Assembly (NCBI GenBank): GCA_036310925.1
Contig: JAXJQX010000017.1
Span: forward strand, 216-64,215
Direction of reading: 5' to 3'
DNA from: Acutalibacteraceae bacterium
Lineage (GTDB): Bacteria; Bacillota; Clostridia; Oscillospirales; Acutalibacteraceae
DNA: 64,000 nucleotides
The position numbers and the translations under genes are program-made. Below the pieces are notes generated by a model. That model was not told the DNA's origin, searched no databases, and saw nothing but the letters and a program-made list of their open reading frames with translations. How positions within the stretch are numbered: position 1 is the first letter of the stretch; each line of letters begins with the position of its first letter. Positions 17,701 to 26,253 of this stretch are shown piece after piece.

Positions 17701-19020
17701 ATGATTATGGCTTTTAAACTAAAAGGTGTACACCTTCCCCATAATAAAAATACGGCTAATATGCCCCCTGTCAGAATGACAGACGTTAAAACCGTAACTT
17801 TGCCTACCGTGATGCACATCGGCGCTCCAGCAGTGCCGGTTGTTAAAAACGGAGATAAGGTTTTTGTAGGCACGCTTGTTGCCGAACAAAACGGTTTTGT
17901 TTCATCTCCCGTTTATTCAAGCGTTTCGGGTACTGTTAAATCGGTTTCGGAAGTTTTGCTTTCAAACGGCAGTAACTCTCCTGCGGTTATAATCGAATCG
18001 GACGGTGAAATGACTTTAGACCCCAATATTAAAGCCCCTAAAATTGAAAGTGCGGCGGATTTAAGCGACGGCTTAAAGCAAAGCGGTATTGTAGGTCTCG
18101 GCGGTGCGGGATTTCCTACTTACGTTAAATTCGGCACGGCGGAAAAACCGCTTAACATAGAATACCTTGTGGTAAACGGTGCGGAGTGTGAACCCTACAT
18201 CACAAGCGATTCGGTTACAATGGTACAAAACACCGAAGATATTAAATTCGCTTTGGAAATGCTTACTAAATACTTTAGTATTAAAAAAGTGATTATAGGT
18301 ATTGAAAAAAACAAACCCGAAGCCATTAAAAGTATGAGAAGCATTAACCTCCAAAATGCGTCGGTAGAGGTTAAGGTTTTACCCGCCGGTTACCCCCAAG
18401 GCGGCGAAAAGGTTTTGGTTTACAATACAACCGGCAGGGTTATTCCAATGGGTAAACTTCCTATTGACGTGGGTTGCGTGGTTTGTAACAGTACCACCGT
18501 TGCTTCAATAGGTAAATATTTAAAAACAGGTATGCCGTTAGTGGAAAAATGCGTAACGGTGGACGGCGGAGCGGTTAAAAACCCTCAAAATGTTATTGTT
18601 CCAATAGGTACTTCGCTAAAGGATGTTTTTGAATTTTGCGGCGGCTTTAAAACCGAACCCAAAAAGGTACTCTACGGCGGACCGATGATGGGTATCAGCG
18701 TTCCCTCGCTCGATATGCCGGTACTTAAAAATACCAATGCGGTTTTGGCGTTTGACGAGAAGGGGGCAACTCCCCCAAAAACCACCGCTTGCATTAAGTG
18801 CGGCGCTTGTATAAACAACTGTCCTTTCGGAATAGATCCCCCTGCCATTGCAAAAGCACTTAAAACAGGCGATTATGCGGCAATGGAAAAAGCGGGAGCG
18901 GAACTTTGTATGGAATGCGGCTGCTGTTCGTTTGTCTGCCCCGCAAAACGGCCTATTGTTCAAAACAATAAACTCGCCAAAGCGGCGCTTAAAGATTATA
19001 AAATGAAGGAGAAAAAATAA
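17701..19020 (+). CDS. rnfC: Rnf electron-transport complex subunit C
   Basis: GLGGAGFPT, NGAECEPY, two 4Fe-4S motifs CIKCGACINNCP and CMECGCCSFVCP. Confidence 0.93.
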   Translation: MIMAFKLKGVHLPHNKNTANMPPVRMTDVKTVTLPTVMHIGAPAVPVVKNGDKVFVGTLVAEQNGFVSSPVYSSVSGTVKSVSEVLLSNGSNSPAVIIESDGEMTLDPNIKAPKIESAADLSDGLKQSGIVGLGGAGFPTYVKFGTAEKPLNIEYLVVNGAECEPYITSDSVTMVQNTEDIKFALEMLTKYFSIKKVIIGIEKNKPEAIKSMRSINLQNASVEVKVLPAGYPQGGEKVLVYNTTGRVIPMGKLPIDVGCVVCNSTTVASIGKYLKTGMPLVEKCVTVDGGAVKNPQNVIVPIGTSLKDVFEFCGGFKTEPKKVLYGGPMMGISVPSLDMPVLKNTNAVLAFDEKGATPPKTTACIKCGACINNCPFGIDPPAIAKALKTGDYAAMEKAGAELCMECGCCSFVCPAKRPIVQNNKLAKAALKDYKMKEKK

Positions 19021-19021
19021 A

Positions 19022-19942
19022 ATGGATTCAAAATTGCGAATTTCGGTTTCTCCCCATATTCACAGCAATATTACCACTCAAAAAATAATGCTTGATGTTG
19101 TAATAGCCCTTTTACCGGCGGCGGTTGCAGGGTGCATTATTTTCGGACTCGGCGCTTTCGCTGTGTTGGCTGTTTGCATCGGCAGTTGTGTTTTGTCGGA
19201 ATTTATTTTCAATCTTATTGTAAAAAAAGACCAAACAATAGGCGATTTAAGTGCCGTTGTAACGGGACTTTTGCTGGGACTTAACCTTCCCGCAAACATT
19301 CCGCTTTGGCAAGCGGGCGTGGGTTCGGTTTTTGCAATAATTATTGTTAAGTGCCTTTTCGGCGGTATCGGTTGCAACCTTGTTAACCCCGCAATTACGG
19401 CACGTGTCTTTATGCTTGTGGCTTTCGGTTCTATGGCAAAAGCCGCATTTCCGGACGCCGTTTCATCGGCAACACCGTTACCCCAAATTTTAGAGGGCAA
19501 TACCCCGTCTCTTATCAACTTGGCTTTAGGTAACATCGGCGGTGCCATCGGCGAAACCTGTAAAATCGCCCTTTTAGTCGGCGGTATTTACTTAATAGCA
19601 CGCAGGGTTATTACCTGGCATATCCCGGTTACATATATTTCGGGCGTGTTTGTTTTAAGTTTATTGTTAGAAAAGTTTGACTTTATGTCGGCTTTGGCAC
19701 TTACCCTTTCGGGCGGACTTATTATCGGTGCTTTCTTTATGGCAACCGACTATGTAACCTCCCCCTCTTCACCAAAGGGTAAAATAATCTTCGGTTTAGG
19801 AGCGGCGGTAATAACCGTGCTTATCCGTTTTTACGGAAATTATCCGGAGGGTGTTTCCTTTGCGATTCTTTTAATGAATATTCTAAACCCGTATATTGAG
19901 CGGCTTTCGGGCAGAAAACTGTTTGGAGGTAGACACAAATGA
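19022..19942 (+). CDS. rnfD: Rnf complex subunit D
   Basis: SPHI...T...M..V, polytopic membrane protein, FFMATDYVTSP and the flavinylation-site region SSATPL. Confidence 0.92.
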   Translation: MDSKLRISVSPHIHSNITTQKIMLDVVIALLPAAVAGCIIFGLGAFAVLAVCIGSCVLSEFIFNLIVKKDQTIGDLSAVVTGLLLGLNLPANIPLWQAGVGSVFAIIIVKCLFGGIGCNLVNPAITARVFMLVAFGSMAKAAFPDAVSSATPLPQILEGNTPSLINLALGNIGGAIGETCKIALLVGGIYLIARRVITWHIPVTYISGVFVLSLLLEKFDFMSALALTLSGGLIIGAFFMATDYVTSPSSPKGKIIFGLGAAVITVLIRFYGNYPEGVSFAILLMNILNPYIERLSGRKLFGGRHK

Positions 19943-21108
19943 AAAAACATATTAAAAGTGTTATCTCTTTAACTGCAATATGTGCGGTGGTATCCTTGCT
20001 TTTGGCGGTTACAAATTATGTGACCGAACCGATAATTAAAAAACAGGAAAGCGATGCGGTGGGAAAAGCGCTCACGGTGGTTTTGCCGAACGGCGAAGAT
20101 TTTCAAAGCGTTGAACTTACCGAATACAAATTGCCCGAAACGGTGATAGAGGCATACAGCGAAAAAAACGGCGGTTATGTTTTTAAAATGACCACCACCG
20201 GTTACGCTTCGGGACTGGTTATTCTTTGCGGTATAGATGCCGAAGGTAAGGTTGCAGGCGCTACCTGTATTGCAAGCAACGAAACCAACAAAGCCGAAAC
20301 CGAATACGGCAAAAATGTGGTAAACGCAACGCTCGACAGTATCGACAAGGTTGATACCGTGGGCGGTTCTACCAAAACCACAACGGCTTACAGAAACGCC
20401 GTTAAGGACGCTTTAAATTCCTTTGTAATTTTAAACGGCGGTTCGGTAGATTTGCGAAGCGAAGAAGAAATTTTGGCGGATAATTTAAAAACCGCTTTAC
20501 CGAGCGCCGACGAATTTACCCCCGTATTTATAACCGAAGATATGGAAGGCATTAAGGATATTTATTCGGCAAATAACGGTGCGGGATTTGTGTTTGTTAC
20601 AGAGGATAAATTCATAGCAACCGACAAAGACGGTAATGTTTTAACCGAAACCGAAGAGGAAATTAAAACTGCTGTATCGGCGGCGGCAGAAAAGCAAATC
20701 GGCGTAACATTAACCGAAATTGATATTGCAAAATATCCTGATATGCCCACAACGGTCCAAAAAGCATACAAAACCTCAACCGGCAACTTTATTTTAGAAC
20801 TCCGTGCAGCCGGCTTCGGCATTAAGGGGGACGAATGGTACGGTCCTTCGGGCGAATACATTAAAATTAAGGTATCGGTTACAAGCGGCGGCAAGATTAT
20901 TGCCTGCAAAACCGTTTCACAAAAAGAAAGCGACGGTATCGGTTCGGCTTGTGAAGAGCCCTCTTTCTACACTCAGTTCAACGGTAAGGAAGAAAGCAAC
21001 TATTCGGAAATTGACGCAATAAGCGGTGCTACAATAACCACAAACGGATATAAAACCGCAATTTCCAAAGTATTTGAAGCGGTTAAGATTTTGAAAGGAG
21101 AGAACTGA
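19939..21108 (+). CDS. rnfG: Rnf complex subunit G, double-length form with two FMN_bind-like modules
   Basis: N-terminal TM anchor. First module ends VGGSTKTTTAY (degenerate). Second ends DAISGATITTNGY (canonical S-G-A-T). 389 aa, against ~200 aa for typical RnfG (from memory). Confidence 0.88.
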   Translation: MKKHIKSVISLTAICAVVSLLLAVTNYVTEPIIKKQESDAVGKALTVVLPNGEDFQSVELTEYKLPETVIEAYSEKNGGYVFKMTTTGYASGLVILCGIDAEGKVAGATCIASNETNKAETEYGKNVVNATLDSIDKVDTVGGSTKTTTAYRNAVKDALNSFVILNGGSVDLRSEEEILADNLKTALPSADEFTPVFITEDMEGIKDIYSANNGAGFVFVTEDKFIATDKDGNVLTETEEEIKTAVSAAAEKQIGVTLTEIDIAKYPDMPTTVQKAYKTSTGNFILELRAAGFGIKGDEWYGPSGEYIKIKVSVTSGGKIIACKTVSQKESDGIGSACEEPSFYTQFNGKEESNYSEIDAISGATITTNGYKTAISKVFEAVKILKGEN

Positions 21109-21110
21109 TT

Positions 21111-21797
21111 ATGACTAAAAACAGTAATATGTCTGTCTTGCTTAAAGGTATTCTCCTTGAAAATCCCGTTTTTGTGCTTATTTTGGGCACCTGCCCGACT
21201 TTGGCTACCACCACAACCCTTATCGGCGCTATCGGTATGGGGCTTGCCGCAACGGCGGTGCTTATATGCTCTAATGCGGTAATATCTTTACTCAGAAAAG
21301 TTATACCCGAAAGTGTAAGAATACCCTGCTACATTGTAATTATTGCGGGTTTTGTAACGGTTGTGCAAATGTTTATTCACGCATATTTACCCACGCTTTA
21401 CGAACTGCTCGGCGTATATTTGGCACTTATAACCGTAAACTGTATAATTTTAGGTCGTGCCGAAATGTTCGCAAGTAAAAATTCTGTCGGCAATTCGGTG
21501 CTGGACGGTATAGGAATGGGACTCGGCTTTACTTTAGCGCTTATTTCCATTGCTTTAATAAGGGAAGTTTTCGGTGCGGGTACATTCTTTGGAATGGAAA
21601 TTCCGGTTTTGGGTAACTTTAAAATTGAATTTTTAACCAAAGCACCCGGCGGATTTTTGGTTTACGGCATTATGATAGCGGCAGTTACCAAAATTACAAA
21701 GGGAAAAGCACCCTATAAAAAGGAATTTTCGTGTGCCGGTTGCCCGTCTGCCTCTTTCTGCGGAAAACAGAACTGCGAAGAAAGGAAGGGAAATTAA
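21111..21797 (+). CDS. rnfE: Rnf complex subunit E with a Cys-rich C-terminal tail
   Basis: NPVFVLILGTCP..LA, ITVNCIILGRAE are typical RnfE/NqrD. The tail is FSCAGCPSASFCGKQNCEE. Confidence 0.92.
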   Translation: MTKNSNMSVLLKGILLENPVFVLILGTCPTLATTTTLIGAIGMGLAATAVLICSNAVISLLRKVIPESVRIPCYIVIIAGFVTVVQMFIHAYLPTLYELLGVYLALITVNCIILGRAEMFASKNSVGNSVLDGIGMGLGFTLALISIALIREVFGAGTFFGMEIPVLGNFKIEFLTKAPGGFLVYGIMIAAVTKITKGKAPYKKEFSCAGCPSASFCGKQNCEERKGN

Positions 21798-22400
21798 ATG
21801 GATTCTTTTAAAAGTTTAGTGGTAATTCTTTTATCTTCGGTACTTGTAAATAACTATGTTTTAAGCCGATTTTTAGGCATTTGTCCTTTCCTTGGCGTTT
21901 CCAAAAAACTCAATTCCGCTACAGGTATGGGTTTTGCGGTTATATTTGTAATGGTAATGGCAACCGCCGTTACCTGGCCTATACAACACTATCTGTTAAC
22001 CCCTAACGGACTTGGCTATATGCAAACCATTGTATTCATTTTGGTTATTGCCGCTTTGGTGCAGTTTACCGAAATGGCACTTAAAAAGTTTGTACCGTCA
22101 CTTCATAAAAGTTTGGGTGTTTATCTGCCGCTTATAACTACAAACTGTGCGGTTTTGGGTGTTACTATTGATAATATTAACGAACATAACTTCAACTTTT
22201 TGCAGTCTGTTGTAAATTCGCTCGGTTGCGGATTGGGATTTTTGCTTGCAATGGTTCTGTTTTCGGGTATGCGTTCTAAAATTGAAGAAAGCGAAATTCC
22301 CGAAAGTTTCAAAGGTCTTCCCGCTACTTTAATTGCGGCATCCTTTGTATCACTTGCATTTTTCGGTTTTGCGGGTATAGTTGATAATTTGTTTGCGTAA
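21798..22400 (+). CDS. rnfA: Rnf complex subunit A
   Basis: NNYVLSRFLGICPFLGVS, YLPLITTNCAVLG are typical RnfA/NqrE. Confidence 0.92.
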   Translation: MDSFKSLVVILLSSVLVNNYVLSRFLGICPFLGVSKKLNSATGMGFAVIFVMVMATAVTWPIQHYLLTPNGLGYMQTIVFILVIAALVQFTEMALKKFVPSLHKSLGVYLPLITTNCAVLGVTIDNINEHNFNFLQSVVNSLGCGLGFLLAMVLFSGMRSKIEESEIPESFKGLPATLIAASFVSLAFFGFAGIVDNLFA

Positions 22401-22413
22401 AGGGGTAAGATAA

Positions 22414-23211
22414 ATGATAGTAAATGTTTTAACCTGCTTTGCGGTTGTAACACTCATAGGTTTAGCCGCCGCAATACTTTTGGCTTTGGCATCCCACTTT
22501 TTAAGCGTAAAGGAAGACGAAACCGTAAAAGCGGTAAGAAATTCTCTTCCCGGTGCTAACTGCGGTGCTTGCGGTTATGCAGGGTGTGACGAATACGCAA
22601 AAGCGGTAGCAAATAAAACCGCCCAAACCAACCTTTGCGTACCCGGCGGTGCTGATGTTTCGTCGGCAGTTTCCCAAATTATGGGGGTAGATTCCAAAGA
22701 CGTAGAAAGCCAGGTTGCTTTTGTTAAATGCAACGGCAACTGCAACGCCACTACCAAAATTGCCGATTATGACGGTGTAAAAACCTGTAAAGCCGCCAAT
22801 ATGCTTTACGGCGGACCTAATTCCTGTAATTACGGTTGTTTGGGTTGCGGTGACTGTGCTAAAGTTTGCCCCGTAAATGCAATTTGTCTTGACGACGGTG
22901 TGGCAAGGGTAAACCGTAATATTTGCATAGGTTGCGGACTTTGCACAAAAGAATGTCCCAAAGGCATTATCAAACTTATCCCCACCGCCGCCAATACCAC
23001 AATTATGTGCAGTAACAGGGATAAAGGTGCAGTATCACGCAAGTTATGCGTAAATTCCTGCATCGGCTGTAAAAAGTGCGAAATCAACTGTCCTCAAAAA
23101 GCGATAACGGTTACCTATAATTTAGCGATTATTGACTATACTAAATGTAACGGTTGCGGACTTTGTGCAGAAAACTGCATTTCTAAATGTATTAAGGTTG
23201 TAAATGGGTAA
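22414..23211 (+). CDS. rnfB: Rnf complex subunit B (polyferredoxin)
   Basis: N-terminal TM segment, LPGANCGACGYAGCDEYA, then several CxxCxxCxxxCP ferredoxin motifs. Confidence 0.92.
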   Translation: MIVNVLTCFAVVTLIGLAAAILLALASHFLSVKEDETVKAVRNSLPGANCGACGYAGCDEYAKAVANKTAQTNLCVPGGADVSSAVSQIMGVDSKDVESQVAFVKCNGNCNATTKIADYDGVKTCKAANMLYGGPNSCNYGCLGCGDCAKVCPVNAICLDDGVARVNRNICIGCGLCTKECPKGIIKLIPTAANTTIMCSNRDKGAVSRKLCVNSCIGCKKCEINCPQKAITVTYNLAIIDYTKCNGCGLCAENCISKCIKVVNG

Positions 23212-23557
23212 AATTTTTTTAAAATACAAAAAAGACGTTATTTTAATAGGCACAATTTTAATTTTGGCGTGTGGGTGCTTTTTGGTAAAAAATTTTACTG
23301 CCGAAAACGGAAACACAGTAAAAATTTTAATTGACGGTAAGGAAAAATACAGTTATAATCTAAGTAAAGACAAAACGCAGAAAATTTTAACGGGGGACAA
23401 CGGTGTTTTTTCAAACACCGTTGTTATTAAAGGCGGTAAAGTGACCGTAAAAACTGCCAACTGCCCCGATAAAATTTGCGTAAAACACAGGGCAATCTCC
23501 AAAAAGGGCGAAACTATTGTCTGTCTTCCGCACAAACTTGTAGTTGTGATAGAATAG
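23204..23557 (+). CDS. NusG domain II-containing small membrane-anchored protein
   Basis: TM anchor plus V.I..DG.....L........G....N.V.I..G.V.V..A.CPDK.CV..G.I...GE.I.CLPH..V. Confidence 0.75.
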   Translation: MGKIFLKYKKDVILIGTILILACGCFLVKNFTAENGNTVKILIDGKEKYSYNLSKDKTQKILTGDNGVFSNTVVIKGGKVTVKTANCPDKICVKHRAISKKGETIVCLPHKLVVVIE

Positions 23558-23570
23558 TGAGTGTTTTAGT

Positions 23571-24068
23571 TTGAAAACCAAAAAACCGATTTATTTAAGC
23601 GTTTTAATATCCTTGTCACTGGTACTTTCTTATGTTGAAATGCTTCTGCCTCCCATTTACCCGGCAATACCGGGTGTTAAAATAGGTCTTGCAAATATTG
23701 TTATAATCTTTTTACTTTATAAATTCTCTTTTAAAGAAGCATTTTTAGTCTCTTTTTTAAGGGTGGTTTTGGTATCGTTGCTTTTCGGCAATGCGGTACT
23801 TTTTGTTTACAGTCTTTGCGGTGCGGTTTTAAGTTTGCTTTTTATGGCACTGCTTAAAAAAACAGGGCGTTTTAGTACTGTAAGCGTCAGCGTTGTGGGC
23901 GGTGTTTCGCACAATTTGGCGCAAATTGCTGTGGCGATTATTTTAATGCAAACTCCCCAAATCGGTTACTATATGACAATACTGGCAATAAGCGGAACAG
24001 TTTCGGGAATTGCGGTGGGAATTGTTTCGGCTTATGTGCTACGGTATACAAAAAAATTAAAAATGTAA
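23571..24068 (+). CDS. Gx transporter family protein (PF07456, the misnamed 'heptaprenyl diphosphate synthase component I' family)
   Basis: 165 aa, ~5 TM segments, E.L.P......PG.K.GLANIV motif. Usual partner of NusG-II proteins. TTG start, weak RBS. Confidence 0.7.
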   Translation: MKTKKPIYLSVLISLSLVLSYVEMLLPPIYPAIPGVKIGLANIVIIFLLYKFSFKEAFLVSFLRVVLVSLLFGNAVLFVYSLCGAVLSLLFMALLKKTGRFSTVSVSVVGGVSHNLAQIAVAIILMQTPQIGYYMTILAISGTVSGIAVGIVSAYVLRYTKKLKM

Positions 24069-24081
24069 GGAGCAAAAACTT

Positions 24082-25065
24082 ATGAAAAAACTTTTTAGCA
24101 TCTTTTTGTGCGCAATAATGGTATTCTCTTTGGCTTCCCTTGCAGGTTGCGGCAAAGCCCAACTTAAATTCGGCGTAGGTACTTACGCTTCCGCAAAATT
24201 AAAAGCAAATGCCGCCGACGGCGAAAACGGCAGTACTAAAGCATCTGTAAACATTGCCGCAGTTTTGCTTGATGCCGACGGTAAGGTTGTTGACTGTAAA
24301 ATCGACTGTGCCGAATATGAATTGGGTTTCACCGCAGAGGGTAAAGCAGTTGCGGTTGAGGGTGAAATTTTAACCAAATACGAAATAGGCGACGATTACG
24401 GTATGAAAAAATACGGTAAAGCCGAAAAGGAATGGTTTGAACAGATTGACGCTTTGGTAGGCGTTATTAAGGGTAAAACTTTAGATGAAGTTAAAGCACT
24501 TGTTGCAACCGAAGGCAAAGGCAGTGACGCTGTTGTAAACGCAGGTTGCACAATCGCCGTTGCAGACTATATTAAAGCAGTTGAACGTGCTATTGAAAAA
24601 GCTAAAGAATCTGAGGCAACCGAAGGCAACACCTTGAAAATCGGTACTGTATCTACCCAATCCACACCTAAAGACGCTACAGACGAAGGCGACGGTACAA
24701 ATGAAATAAACACCTCAATTACCGCAGCAGTACTTGATAAAGACAATAAAGTTGTAGCTGCTTATACAGACGCCGTTCAGGTAAAAGCAACCTTTAACAA
24801 AAAAGGCGAATTCACCGGCAAAGACGGCGAAATCACCGGTAAGAGAGATTTAGGCGAAAATTACGGTATGAAAAAATACGGTAAAGCCGAAAAAGAATGG
24901 TTCGAACAAGCCGACGCATTTGACGCCGCATTAAAAGGCAAAACCGCAGCCGATATTGCAAAACTTGTAACCGCTGACGGTAAGGGAGCAGAAGAACTCC
25001 AAACCGCAGGTTGCACAATCGGTGTTTCGGATATGGTCAAAGCCGCTGAAAAAGCCGCAAAGTAA
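24082..25065 (+). CDS. Lipoprotein with two tandem FMN_bind-like modules (atypical A-G-C-T site)
   Basis: Lipobox LAGCG. Internal duplication (DYGMKKYGKAEKEWFEQ twice; DNA repeats at 24395-24450 and 24859-24915). Each module ends in NAGCTIAV or TAGCTIGV where FMN_bind domains carry SGAT(I/V)(T/S). Confidence 0.6.
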   Translation: MKKLFSIFLCAIMVFSLASLAGCGKAQLKFGVGTYASAKLKANAADGENGSTKASVNIAAVLLDADGKVVDCKIDCAEYELGFTAEGKAVAVEGEILTKYEIGDDYGMKKYGKAEKEWFEQIDALVGVIKGKTLDEVKALVATEGKGSDAVVNAGCTIAVADYIKAVERAIEKAKESEATEGNTLKIGTVSTQSTPKDATDEGDGTNEINTSITAAVLDKDNKVVAAYTDAVQVKATFNKKGEFTGKDGEITGKRDLGENYGMKKYGKAEKEWFEQADAFDAALKGKTAADIAKLVTADGKGAEELQTAGCTIGVSDMVKAAEKAAK

Positions 25066-25084
25066 GATAGTAAATTAAAAAAAT

Positions 25085-25113
25085 GGGGGTGCCGAAAGGT
25101 CCCCCTTTTTTCG
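25085..25113 (+). terminator. Imperfect hairpin plus T-run after the lipoprotein gene
   Basis: GGGGGTGCCGAAAGGTCCCCC followed by TTTTTT. Confidence 0.55.
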
Positions 25114-25128
25114 TATAGAGGTGTATGA

Positions 25129-26175
25129 ATGAAAAACAAATTTTGTTTTTTGTTGGCGTTAATTTTAGTTTTCTGTTTGTTTTTGGGTTGCGAAAAAAGT
25201 TATGAAAAATTTTCGGACTATTCTTTCGATTATTTCGATACCGTTACAACCATAACCGGTTTTGAAAAAGATAAAGCCGATTTTGATAAAAATGTGTCGG
25301 AAATTAAAACTTTGCTCTTAGAATACCATCGGCTCTACGATATATACCGGTCTTATGACGGAATAAACAATCTTTACACGGTAAACAAGGTTGAAAACGG
25401 CACCCACACGCAGGTTAAGGTAGATGAAAGAATAATAGATTTACTGTTGTTTGCCGAGCAAATGTATACTAAAACCAACGGGAAACTTAATATCGGTATG
25501 GGAAGTGTGCTTAAAATTTGGCACAATTATAGGGAAAACGGAATAAGCGAACCCGAAAGTGCACAACTACCCGGTATGGAAATTCTAAAATCTGCCCAAA
25601 CGCATACCGATTTTAACAACATTATAATAGATAAAACCGAAAATACCGTATTTATTAAAGACCCCGAAATGACGGTTGACGTAGGTGGGGTTGCAAAGGG
25701 TTATGCCGTGGAAAAAACAGCCGAGTTTATGAAAAACAAGGGAATGAGCGGTTATGTTTTAAATGTGGGCGGAAATGTAAGAACGGTGGGTACAAGACCC
25801 GACGGTGAAAACTGGAAAGTGGGAATTGAAAACCCAAATACCGAAGACACCGAAAACCCGTATATTGAAAAACTTTCACTCGGTGAAATGTCCTTGGTGA
25901 CAAGCGGTTCTTACCAACGGTTTTATATTGTCAACGGCAAAAATTATCATCATATAATAGACGGTGAAACCTTAATGCCTGCCGAATATTTTATGTCTGT
26001 TTCGGTTTTGTGCAAAGATTCCGCAGTTGCAGACGCACTTTCGACCGCACTTTTTTGTATGGCTTACGAGGACGGCTTAAAACTGCTTGATAACTTCCAA
26101 AATACCGAAGTTATGTGGGTGAAAAAGGACGGAACTAAGTTTTACACCCAAAATTTTCAAAAATACTGCGAATAA
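25129..26175 (+). CDS. apbE: ApbE-family FAD:protein FMN transferase lipoprotein
   Basis: Lipobox FLGCE, FDT...I, DVGGVAKGYAV, NVGGNV, SGSYQRF, HHIIDG.T..P. Confidence 0.9.
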   Translation: MKNKFCFLLALILVFCLFLGCEKSYEKFSDYSFDYFDTVTTITGFEKDKADFDKNVSEIKTLLLEYHRLYDIYRSYDGINNLYTVNKVENGTHTQVKVDERIIDLLLFAEQMYTKTNGKLNIGMGSVLKIWHNYRENGISEPESAQLPGMEILKSAQTHTDFNNIIIDKTENTVFIKDPEMTVDVGGVAKGYAVEKTAEFMKNKGMSGYVLNVGGNVRTVGTRPDGENWKVGIENPNTEDTENPYIEKLSLGEMSLVTSGSYQRFYIVNGKNYHHIIDGETLMPAEYFMSVSVLCKDSAVADALSTALFCMAYEDGLKLLDNFQNTEVMWVKKDGTKFYTQNFQKYCE

Positions 26176-26253
26176 TTGCCTAAATTCAATAAAAAATCTT
26201 GAAAAATTTTGCTTGTTATAGTATTATAAATTAGTTATTAGGAGGAATATACT

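Noticed and set aside
19078-25139. Numerous antisense ORFs of 60-156 aa within the rnf genes and the lipoprotein gene
   Set aside because: All are embedded antisense in genes with strong family signatures. None has independent support.
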